From IMG/VR virus record IMGVR_UViG_3300036546_000129, positions 1-37,102 of that record: a DNA stretch of 37,102 nt, one strand, 5' to 3'. Positions 29,768 to 37,102 of this stretch are shown here, piece by piece. The translations under genes were made by a program, and so were the position numbers. The notes under the pieces were generated by a model that was not told the origin of the DNA, made no database searches, and saw nothing but the letters and a program-made list of their open reading frames with translations. The stretch's first letter is position 1; the number at the start of each line of letters is the position of its first letter. The DNA comes from a virus. Lineage: Duplodnaviria; Caudoviricetes.

Positions 29768-30532
29768 ATGAATAATCAACGAGTGATGTTTTCCTGTACA
29801 GCGTTACAGGGAACCAATAAAAGAGGGGCGTTAACCGCTGACGAAGACGGCTACTATACCGTTGTATTGGGTGGCCTTAACGTGTACAACAGTGCTGGTG
29901 CTTTTTACCCTTTGGATAAAGCCAAAGCTTTATTTGAAGAGAGTTCGGTTTTCATGCGGCGTGTGAAAAGTGGGTGTCTGAAGTCTGAGTGTGGCCACCC
30001 TAAAAAATCGCCTGCCATGACCATGCGTGATTACTTGAACCGCATCAGGCAAGTCGAAGAAACCAATGTTTGCTGTCACATCGCTGAAGTTTGGTTAGAC
30101 CATGAAAACGTCAAAGACGAAAATGGACGTACCGTGGTAGCGATCATGGGTAAGATCCGTCCTTCCGGTCCTCGTGGTGAGGCATTGAAAGATGCTTTGG
30201 AAAATGGTCGTGAGAACGTATGCTTCTCCATTCGCTCTCTGACTGACGATCGTATTGAAGGCGGCGTGTTAACTAAACACATTAAAACTATCCTTACGTT
30301 TGATTGGGTAACTGAGCCGGGCATCTCTTTCGCTAAGAAGTACCACTCACCGGCCCTGGAGAGCCTCACAGAGACCGTTTTCACTGAGGAGCACTTCCTA
30401 TTGGCAGAAGAGTATTCTAGCGCTCACACAGGCGTAGGGTTCGAATCAGTCGGTATTAGCTTTGAAAGTCTCCGTGACGAGTTAGGGTGGACAAAGAAAC
30501 CCCAACCCATGCCCGCCAGCATTAACTGGTGA
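29768..30532 (+). CDS. Prohead/head maturation serine protease (phiKZ gp175-like)
   Basis: ECGHP (catalytic His), CFSIRS (catalytic Ser) and TFDWVTEPGI. C-terminal tail with ALE|S, GFE|S and SFE|S self-cleavage-type sites. Confidence 0.88.
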   Translation: MNNQRVMFSCTALQGTNKRGALTADEDGYYTVVLGGLNVYNSAGAFYPLDKAKALFEESSVFMRRVKSGCLKSECGHPKKSPAMTMRDYLNRIRQVEETNVCCHIAEVWLDHENVKDENGRTVVAIMGKIRPSGPRGEALKDALENGRENVCFSIRSLTDDRIEGGVLTKHIKTILTFDWVTEPGISFAKKYHSPALESLTETVFTEEHFLLAEEYSSAHTGVGFESVGISFESLRDELGWTKKPQPMPASINW

Positions 30533-30540
30533 GTGACGGT

Positions 30541-30570
30541 AGAGTCCCTTAATTGGGACTCTTTCTTTTT
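30541..30570 (+). terminator. Intrinsic terminator
   Basis: AGAGTCCC-TTAATT-GGGACTCT followed by TTCTTTTT. Confidence 0.88.
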
Positions 30571-30598
30571 ATGTCGCTAAAACTTGATTTAAAACATT

Positions 30599-30619
30599 TT
30601 CAAGTATATATTACTTGAA
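30599..30619 (+). promoter_or_regulatory. Putative early (vRNAP) promoter
   Basis: Exact TATATTAC at 30607-30614 (phiKZ early consensus), just after a terminator and upstream of small accessory genes. Confidence 0.75.
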
Positions 30620-30698
30620 TGAATCTTCTACAATAAGTAAACGTAATGTAGACGTTCTATTGTAGTAAAAAACCTCAAAGTTCTTAGGAGAACTAGAA

Positions 30699-30962
30699 AT
30701 GAACAAACTAATCGTACAGATGGGTAATCACGGTACCCACAACCGGGCTCACGACGAAGAAACTTTGGTCCTTCGGTGGGTGAATGATAACATCTTCTAC
30801 GCCGTTGCGCGTGAAGGTGTTGCACTGGTTAACGCGGTGAGTGGGCGTTATATCTCCACCCACCTGATGCCCTGGTCCTACGCTGATTGGATTCAACGTA
30901 ACTGGGGTATCGAAATCACTGAAGAAATGCGCGAACAATCACGCTCTCTTCGTAAATTTTAG
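30699..30962 (+). CDS. Hypothetical early protein (87 aa)
   Basis: AGGAG RBS, first gene after the early promoter. Confidence 0.8.
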   Translation: MNKLIVQMGNHGTHNRAHDEETLVLRWVNDNIFYAVAREGVALVNAVSGRYISTHLMPWSYADWIQRNWGIEITEEMREQSRSLRKF

Positions 30963-30981
30963 GCTGAACCGGAGATCTGCC

Positions 30982-31024
30982 TAACGACGGGTGTAGGTGT
31001 CCGTCGTTAAACCCAATACCTACA
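30982..31024 (+). promoter_or_regulatory. Predicted H-type RNA pseudoknot in a long intergenic leader
   Basis: S1 30982-30990/31001-31009 (9 bp) and S2 30992-31000/31016-31024 (9 bp, one G-U). Loops of 1, 0 and 6 nt. Confidence 0.55.
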
Positions 31025-31128
31025 ACACTTTTCTTTACTGTATTCATGGTAAAAAAATACCGGTACGGTGGATACAATGACGAAGAGCACGATCGTTTAA
31101 CGTTAAACAACCTTAGTAAGGAATCGAA

Positions 31129-31581
31129 ATGTCCGACATCAAAGAAAACATTCTGAAACTGGCCGAGAAGCTCAAGGCCGACATGACCCTCACCGAAGAC
31201 GGCGTCGTCAAAGTCGGTGAAAACACCTTCGAATCCACCCTGCCGGAAGGTCTGGACATGCAGATCATTAAGGCGGTGCAGGACCATACCGCCGATCTGG
31301 TATCCGCTACCGGCTACGCCCTGGGCCAGGTGGGTGTGGAAGCGTTCCAGAAGGACAAACGTCTGGAACAGGTGAGCCTGGAATACGCCGCCGGTAAGGA
31401 CTCCATTGGCGGCGTATTCCAACGCTCCAAGGAAGTTCGGAACCCGACCGATGGCTCCAGCTCCACCAAGTATGGCATCCTCTCCATGAAAGTTGGTGTG
31501 AACGCTCACGCCAACAAGGGCTCTCTGAAGAAGGTGCGTACCGCACTGTCTCAGATGGCTATGGATGCTCTGAGCAAGTAA
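31129..31581 (+). CDS. Hypothetical protein (150 aa), probably highly expressed
   Basis: TAAGGA RBS. Strong codon bias (CTG, GCC, ACC, AAG, TCC, GGC) unlike its neighbours. Confidence 0.85.
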   Translation: MSDIKENILKLAEKLKADMTLTEDGVVKVGENTFESTLPEGLDMQIIKAVQDHTADLVSATGYALGQVGVEAFQKDKRLEQVSLEYAAGKDSIGGVFQRSKEVRNPTDGSSSTKYGILSMKVGVNAHANKGSLKKVRTALSQMAMDALSK

Positions 31582-31759
31582 TAAGAAAACGGTGTCAGGA
31601 AACCAATTACGGTCGAGGGTAATTCTCCTGACACCTTTTAAACCCGACAAGCTCGCAGTGGATTATCGGGAACGGGGTGTAATACTTAGAACTAGCGGTT
31701 ATTGATAGGTTGTCTGTAGGTGACACCGACCTGACAATCATTGATAACGAAACTGTACT

Positions 31760-31785
31760 CGGTGGGGTTAACGCCCCACCGTTTT
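31760..31785 (+). terminator. Intrinsic terminator
   Basis: CGGTGGGG-TTAACG-CCCCACCG-TTTT. Confidence 0.75.
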
Positions 31786-31826
31786 ATAACGTCTTTATTT
31801 TTTTGTTTTCCAAAGGAGGGATTCGG

Positions 31827-32195
31827 GTGTTACTCTATACTGCGCAGATGGCTAAACATCGGAAAGCTAAAGAACTTAACCTATTCTTCCTGGACACTAC
31901 CGTGAAATCAGGTCACCCTGCATTTGCCCCTACATGGGACATGGTACTTGGTTTTAAAGAACACAGGTTAACGTGGGAAGGGTATACACAACTTTACACG
32001 GAGCGAATGCGAGAGAGCTGGAGTATCAACAAAGACGATTGGAAATGGTTGATGTCACAAGAGACTCTAGTCCTAGCATGTTATTGCAACGATTTGGTTA
32101 CGTGTCACTGTCATCGTTTCTTACTCAGGGATATGGTTAAGGTGATAGGGGAGCGTTATGGGATAGAGGTCATCGACAGAGGGGAACTCCAATGA
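31827..32195 (+). CDS. DUF488-like protein (~122 aa)
   Basis: AAGGAGG RBS before GTG 31827. Pattern D.TVKSG...FAPTW.MV..FK...WE.Y...Y...M...LVLACYC...CHR.LL resembles DUF488. Confidence 0.6.
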   Translation: MLLYTAQMAKHRKAKELNLFFLDTTVKSGHPAFAPTWDMVLGFKEHRLTWEGYTQLYTERMRESWSINKDDWKWLMSQETLVLACYCNDLVTCHCHRFLLRDMVKVIGERYGIEVIDRGELQ

Positions 32196-32341
32196 ATCAG
32201 TTTCTGGTTATCTCGATTCTAGCGTTGTTATTAGCCTCAGTTAATTGGAAGTTATTCGCTATCCTACTTTCCATTTACGCTGTTTACAAACTCGTGGTTT
32301 TTTGTTCAGTTAAAGTACATCACCCCACCCATAAGGATTGA
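32192..32341 (+). CDS. Small membrane protein (49 aa)
   Basis: Below the ORF-track cutoff. ATGA overlap with the upstream stop. MNQFLVISILALLLASVNWKLFAILLSIYAVYKLVVFCSVKVHHPTHKD. Fills the gap to the next gene. Confidence 0.65.
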   Translation: MNQFLVISILALLLASVNWKLFAILLSIYAVYKLVVFCSVKVHHPTHKD

Positions 32342-32348
32342 GTAGACT

Positions 32349-32789
32349 ATGGATTTTCAGATTGTACCAGAAAATGACGGCGTTGACCACATCAACGTGT
32401 ATTCTAAAGGATTGACACAGTTAGGTCGCGACCTTTCTAACTTTGCACCCATTGGATTTAATCATCCCCAATACGGTTGTTTTGCGTCCATGGAAGCGTA
32501 TTACCATTGGGTTAAAACAGGGATGGTCTGTGAAGAACTGCGCCCCCTGTTCGGATATTGGGCTAAGCAGGCAGCTAAGGATCTCCCAGTTGTTCCGCAT
32601 GACAACTTTGAAAGTATCATCTCGGAAGGCTTACGTTGTAAAGTGTTACAGAACGATTTTTTGGCCGAGTCATTGAAAGCATCCACCGCACCACTTGTAC
32701 ACTATTACAATTACGGTGGACGTGTTGTTACTCCTAAAGGACAGGACTATCAGATGCGAGTGCTCACTGAACTCAGGGATGAGCTGTAA
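32349..32789 (+). CDS. NADAR-like protein (T4 gp30.3/YbiA-like)
   Basis: LSNFAPIGFNHPQYGCFASMEAYYHWVK and CKVLQNDFLAESLKAS resemble NADAR motifs LSNF...F.S.E.Y.Q..K and K..QN..L...L..T. Confidence 0.6.
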   Translation: MDFQIVPENDGVDHINVYSKGLTQLGRDLSNFAPIGFNHPQYGCFASMEAYYHWVKTGMVCEELRPLFGYWAKQAAKDLPVVPHDNFESIISEGLRCKVLQNDFLAESLKASTAPLVHYYNYGGRVVTPKGQDYQMRVLTELRDEL

Positions 32790-32863
32790 GCTCCTATAAT
32801 GTCTCTATACGCTCCGTTTAACGTTATTCTGTAGAATGTATCAAAGTTGAACTAAAATGGCGT

Positions 32864-33289
32864 GTGGGCTTAAATAGAGGTATTCCTGTGGGTGTTGTCA
32901 TTAAATACGAAGAGGGTCTTTTTCTAAGGGCTTTGTGTAACGCTGTTCTGAAGGGGTTGCAGGGGTCGCCGCTGATTGAACTAGAATGTACTTCGCTCTT
33001 TAAAGGGGACGTCCCTACCTTTACTGTTACTCACATTGCGCTTGACCCTACCTGCGAAACCGGTTCAGCTGAAGAACACGTAGAACGTTTTCTCGATCAG
33101 TTTGAGGTAGTCTACCGTACCCACCAAGATACAATCAAACAGTACATCGACATTAAATTCAAACTACTAAATACATCCCGAAGTGAAGTGACCCTGGGTA
33201 TAAAAGAACGTTACTTTACAACTAAGCGAATGTATACACTTAAACACAGCACCTGTCTGAACTACCTCCCATTCTCTCGATTTCGTTGA
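32864..33289 (+). CDS. Hypothetical protein (start uncertain)
   Basis: 141-aa ORF ending just before the terminator. An alternative GTG start near 32888 has a GAGG RBS. Confidence 0.55.
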   Translation: MGLNRGIPVGVVIKYEEGLFLRALCNAVLKGLQGSPLIELECTSLFKGDVPTFTVTHIALDPTCETGSAEEHVERFLDQFEVVYRTHQDTIKQYIDIKFKLLNTSRSEVTLGIKERYFTTKRMYTLKHSTCLNYLPFSRFR

Positions 33290-33297
33290 AACGACAT

Positions 33298-33333
33298 AAA
33301 AAAGAGTCTCCCTAGGGAGACTCTTTTTTTTTT
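33298..33333. terminator. Bidirectional intrinsic terminator
   Basis: AAAAAAGAGTCTCCC-TA-GGGAGACTCTTTTTT between convergent genes. Confidence 0.9.
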
Positions 33334-34618
33334 ACTTCACCCGTTTAACGGCGCGACGAATGTAAATCGTGGCACGGCTGAGTACGAAGAGTACGCGTTC
33401 GATTTCCCAGTTAATGGGTCGGGTCTGCTGCTTCCTCAGAAACTTTGTGAACCCCATCAACTGTTTCAGCAGTGCTGTCCCGGTTTTATCCAGGTTAGCT
33501 CCAGAGACTTTAGCCACTTCCGTTAGGTAGCGGTTGAGGTCCTTGTGTACTTTCATCACGCTTTCAAACTCATTACCAAACCAAATGATGTCATCGCAAT
33601 ATTTTTCCAGGCTGTCAAGAATACTTTCAACATCCTGGTAACTCAGTTCGATGTCATCAAATACGTGAAGTACCAAAAGGTTTTTACGCATTTGATTATC
33701 TCGGGTTATCATACGCTCAGTGATGACGTCATTGAATTTCTTAAATTCGACACCATTACCAAGGGATTTCTTAGTTTTAGGTTTTTTGATATACCAACCC
33801 ACATTCGTCAATAAGATAGGTTTATCAACGATGAGTTTTGAATCAAAAACCTCACTGGCGTTACCAAGATCCCCGATTTTCTTAATGACCGTTTTTACGA
33901 TTTCGTCTTTACTATCAAAACGACCAGACTTGATAATCGACCCAACATTTTTAGTGTATCCTGACATCTTCTTAGTGAAGTCCACTAAAACTTTATTTGC
34001 TAACACTTGGTCTTTGCTGAGCGCAGAACTCGGATCATTGTCCAACTTGTTATCGTGTCTAAACGCGATGTAAATGTCCTTACCGGCGTATGAGGACAGT
34101 ATGCGTTTACTGTTTATGGCATCCTTCTTACCTTTCCATAAGGAGCGCGTTTCCTGTATGCGTTCCTTAAAGTGTCGAGCACTGTTAACCCGTCCGGTAA
34201 ATAAGCGATGCATAGTGTCGTAAAAACCTACGAAGTCGTTACTGAACACCTGAATCAAACGACCCACAAAGTCAGAAAGTTCCTCAACACTGACATTGTA
34301 GTAATCTCCTACGGATTCAATACTTTCTACAGAAACCCGTTCACGAGTCAACCCTAAAGTGTCAGCCAGGTCCGTCAGTTTTGCGTCCAATTCCTGGAGA
34401 CTTTCCATGGATGGTGTCTTGTTTTCTTCCATGAAAGTGTACGCGGAGCGCACGTCGTCCATGAAACTTTCAAAACCGTTATACAAGGTGTCTGATAGTT
34501 TTTCAGTTTCGATGAGGTCGCGTCGGTAATGTTCTACGCCGATAGCCTCATCAATCGGGTCAAAATCGTTCTCTTCGGTTTCTTCTACCGTCAAGTAATC
34601 TTCGAGTGAAATACCCAT
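33332..34618 (-). CDS. Putative internal head/ejection protein with acidic propeptide
   Basis: Acidic N-terminal ~110 aa with many S/A/G-x-E sites (SLE, GVE, GFE, SME, SVE, SIE, SVE) followed by a basic mature region. This is typical of substrates of the gp175-type protease. Confidence 0.7.
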   Translation of the reverse strand: MGISLEDYLTVEETEENDFDPIDEAIGVEHYRRDLIETEKLSDTLYNGFESFMDDVRSAYTFMEENKTPSMESLQELDAKLTDLADTLGLTRERVSVESIESVGDYYNVSVEELSDFVGRLIQVFSNDFVGFYDTMHRLFTGRVNSARHFKERIQETRSLWKGKKDAINSKRILSSYAGKDIYIAFRHDNKLDNDPSSALSKDQVLANKVLVDFTKKMSGYTKNVGSIIKSGRFDSKDEIVKTVIKKIGDLGNASEVFDSKLIVDKPILLTNVGWYIKKPKTKKSLGNGVEFKKFNDVITERMITRDNQMRKNLLVLHVFDDIELSYQDVESILDSLEKYCDDIIWFGNEFESVMKVHKDLNRYLTEVAKVSGANLDKTGTALLKQLMGFTKFLRKQQTRPINWEIERVLFVLSRATIYIRRAVKRVK

Positions 34619-34644
34619 CTCTATTCCATACCCTTTAAATGTAT

Positions 34645-34678
34645 AAAAGAGTCCCCTTAAAGGGGACTCTTTTTTTTT
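34645..34678. terminator. Intrinsic terminator after the tail tube gene
   Basis: AAAAGAGTCCCCT-TAA-AGGGGACTCTTTT inverted repeat with A/T tracts on both sides. Confidence 0.88.
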
Positions 34679-34686
34679 ACCCTTGA

Positions 34687-35550
34687 TTAACTAACAGTGT
34701 TGTTAGCCAAGTCCTGGAGTTGGTTGGTGTAACCATTAGAGTCTGTATCGACGTCAGAGTCAATCTTTTCAATGAAAGCGTTACTCTGGTTCGGGTTCAG
34801 ACCTTCTTTGGTCATGTTAGCCAGAATGGTTTCGGCGAACTTTTTCACCCCTTCCCCTACCTGTGTCAGCGCAGTGAATTCAACGGAGTAATCAACCCCT
34901 TCACCCGCCGCTGTCAGGTCACGACGACCTGTGATCTCAGCGACAGTACCATTCGGACGCATGTTGGTACACAACCAAGCTTCACTGATCTTGGTGAACG
35001 TCGGGTCCGGTTCAAAGAACAAAACCGTCATGCCAGTGTAATCAGGAAGCAGGTCAGCAACGTCCACAGTCCCATTACTAACGACTGCCGGGTACTTAGT
35101 GATCGGGTCCATGATCAGGTTAGTAACCCAACCGTTCAGGAAGACAGAAATCGGCTTACCGTATTTCTCATTCCAAGTAAAGGTCGGTGTTGAACGAGCA
35201 CGGGTAACGTTGGAGATGTCCTGCTGCATTTCACCTGCACCACCAACCGCATTTTCAATGTGCTCTACGGTAAGGGTGGACTGGAGACCTTCGATGCTCT
35301 TGGCGTGAAGTTCAACCAGCGCTTTCAGTGTTTCAACCCAGTACGGTGATTCCTGAAGGTCCTGGAACCCTCGGGGCGCTTCGATCAGAACGGCCACAAC
35401 GTTACGTTTAACGTACGAGCTATTGGAGACGTAGCTACGGAAATCCGTAGCTGCGCCATTCTGACCACCGTTACGCACATCCACCATCGGACCTACATTA
35501 CCGGTGTTAAATCCTTTCTTTTCAAGGATCGTATCTTTTAAACGTGTCAT
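34687..35550 (-). CDS. Tail tube protein (phiKZ gp30-like)
   Basis: 287 aa, overlapping the sheath stop. Motifs YVKRN..AVL.EAPRGF, W.EKYG.P and FFEPDPT...AWLCTNM.P. Confidence 0.85.
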   Translation of the reverse strand: MTRLKDTILEKKGFNTGNVGPMVDVRNGGQNGAATDFRSYVSNSSYVKRNVVAVLIEAPRGFQDLQESPYWVETLKALVELHAKSIEGLQSTLTVEHIENAVGGAGEMQQDISNVTRARSTPTFTWNEKYGKPISVFLNGWVTNLIMDPITKYPAVVSNGTVDVADLLPDYTGMTVLFFEPDPTFTKISEAWLCTNMRPNGTVAEITGRRDLTAAGEGVDYSVEFTALTQVGEGVKKFAETILANMTKEGLNPNQSNAFIEKIDSDVDTDSNGYTNQLQDLANNTVS

Positions 35551-37102
35551 ACTTCAAGATCCTCGCGTCGACGGGAGATGATGGTGAAGGAGCCCACGGT
35601 CTTCATGTTATTACCGTACATGATGATGTTACATCTCCAGCTATAACCGCGCTGGTCATCATTCGGTGTCAGGAAGGTTTCAGCTTCGATGATCACACGG
35701 GAGTCAAAACGACCACGGGTGCGTTGTTCAATCAAACGGTTACTGCGATCGATGAACTGCTGGTTAGTCAGACTGGTGATACCTGTGAGGTCGCGCCACA
35801 CACGTTCAACCACCTTCTCCAACTCAACTGCGATCATCATGTTCATAACCGAGTTCAGGATAGAGCTGTCATCGTCGTAGACAGTCTGGAACGCCGGGAA
35901 GAACAGTGAACGACGGTCGTAAGACTGTGCCCACACCAGACCGTTTGTCCAATCGCGTGTACGTACGTTCACCGGTTTAAAGGTGTTGTTGACGTCACGG
36001 AACATACTCACCTGGTTCAGAGGCGGCATGTCGAAGCTCCACTTGGAGTTCCAGATACCGGTACCAGAACCCATGTAACGTGCACACTTCTGTGCAAACT
36101 CCAGGGTCAGCGGTGTCAGGTTTTTCCAGCGAGAGTTAACCAGGTAGCCGGAATGACCGATTACGATGGCGCGACAAACCGATGTACCGTAAATCTCTGA
36201 TTCCGGATACAGTCGGGCAGCGGTGCGCAAAGCAATCGCCAGACTGGATTCTTCAGACGTGCTGTTCTGCGGTGTAGAAACGTCCTGTGTGGACAGTACC
36301 ACATACATGTCTTTACGCTTACCGATGACGGTCAACATCTTCTTCTTAGTTTCCAGTGAGAAACCAGAATCATAGATAACAGACTGTGGGTAAACCGCTG
36401 TGTCCATGAACGGGATACCCAGTTCACCGTAATTGGCGCACTGGTTAGCTACGAGCGCATCAAACGTTTCAAAGTTCATCGTACCGTCAGAACCACCCAT
36501 GGCATAGTGCGTGGAGTTTTCTGACAGCAAGATACCATCGCTAGCCGGACCTTCAACCTGATAGGTGAAGTACGGTACGTTGTTCAGGTCATGACCAGAG
36601 AACAAGTTGAAGATGTGTTTGTCTTCAGCAGTCTCACCCACAGTACCGTAAGGAAGTTCTTCTGCATGTACCATATCCAGGACATCACTGATATACTGGT
36701 GGTAAACATACATTTCGTTGAACGGACCCACAGTTTCAGGGAAACCGTTAGAAGCCGGTTTATTCCAAGCCTGAAGTAGCGCGTCTTCCACAAAGAGTTC
36801 TTTTTCAGTGCGAGGGTTGATCACACCTTCTTTGTAGGAGAAGTCAACATAACGCTCACCGAACAGTGTCTCGATGACGTTCGGGCTGACCATATCTTCC
36901 GGACGCTCCACGAACTGGATGCGGTACAGGTACGCACTCTGCTCCATAGCTGTGGTGTCGTCTACCGGCTGGCTGGACAACGTAGTGGGGGCAGAAAGAC
37001 GGATACCCATTCGGGAGCCGTAAGAGCCCTGGGAAGAGACCTTGAACTCGTGAATCGGATACAGCGTAGACTGTGTACCGTCCTGGGAAACCAGACCACC
37101 CG
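35547..37102 (-). CDS. Contractile tail sheath protein (phiKZ gp29-like), C-terminal part; starts outside the window
   Basis: The frame is open to the window edge. Motifs GGSDGT, YDSGF.LETK, YPES..YGT..CR and FFPA.QTVY.DD.S.L. Confidence 0.88.
   Translation of the reverse strand, partial: GGLVSQDGTQSTLYPIHEFKVSSQGSYGSRMGIRLSAPTTLSSQPVDDTTAMEQSAYLYRIQFVERPEDMVSPNVIETLFGERYVDFSYKEGVINPRTEKELFVEDALLQAWNKPASNGFPETVGPFNEMYVYHQYISDVLDMVHAEELPYGTVGETAEDKHIFNLFSGHDLNNVPYFTYQVEGPASDGILLSENSTHYAMGGSDGTMNFETFDALVANQCANYGELGIPFMDTAVYPQSVIYDSGFSLETKKKMLTVIGKRKDMYVVLSTQDVSTPQNSTSEESSLAIALRTAARLYPESEIYGTSVCRAIVIGHSGYLVNSRWKNLTPLTLEFAQKCARYMGSGTGIWNSKWSFDMPPLNQVSMFRDVNNTFKPVNVRTRDWTNGLVWAQSYDRRSLFFPAFQTVYDDDSSILNSVMNMMIAVELEKVVERVWRDLTGITSLTNQQFIDRSNRLIEQRTRGRFDSRVIIEAETFLTPNDDQRGYSWRCNIIMYGNNMKTVGSFTIISRRREDLEV

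Noticed and set aside
30916-31650. 244-aa minus-strand ORF
   Set aside because: Antisense shadow of the strongly codon-biased gene 31129..31581. It has no RBS, and it crosses structured non-coding RNA.
31710-31826. N-terminal extension of the DUF488-like ORF
   Set aside because: It runs through RNA hairpins and a terminator. A strong AAGGAGG RBS supports GTG 31827.
6974-34630. TATG late-promoter candidates (6974, 27304; minus strand at 17030 and 34627)
   Set aside because: The positions upstream of structural genes are plausible, but a 4-nt motif cannot be supported without start-site data.
1-37102. CRISPR array, tRNA, rRNA, IS element or reverse transcriptase/DGR
   Set aside because: By eye I saw no regularly spaced repeats, cloverleaf, transposase or RT motifs. 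The long repeats are explained by intron cores and terminators.

Overview
This window is part of a phiKZ-like (Chimalliviridae-type) jumbo phage genome, identified from recognised protein motifs and gene order (phiKZ gene numbers below are recalled, not searched). It encodes a UvsX/RecA recombinase, three subunits or fragments of the multisubunit virion RNA polymerase (vRNAP), a 2261-aa gp181-like tail protein with a GH19 lytic domain, a gp175-like head maturation protease, protease-processed head proteins, the tail tube and part of the tail sheath. A small early/accessory block encodes DUF488-like and NADAR-like proteins. The main discovery is a cluster of four group I introns in two adjacent vRNAP genes. 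Intron 1 (18513-20806) splits the catalytic GAD|FDGD motif of the beta'-like subunit. Introns 2-4 split the beta-like subunit into four exons, one of them an 11-nt micro-exon (25743-25753, PKRV) directly between two ribozymes. Two introns carry HNH endonuclease genes with RBS-sequestering hairpins, one carries a probable endonuclease remnant, and three intron cores share near-identical modules. A predicted H-type pseudoknot lies in the leader of a strongly codon-biased early gene.
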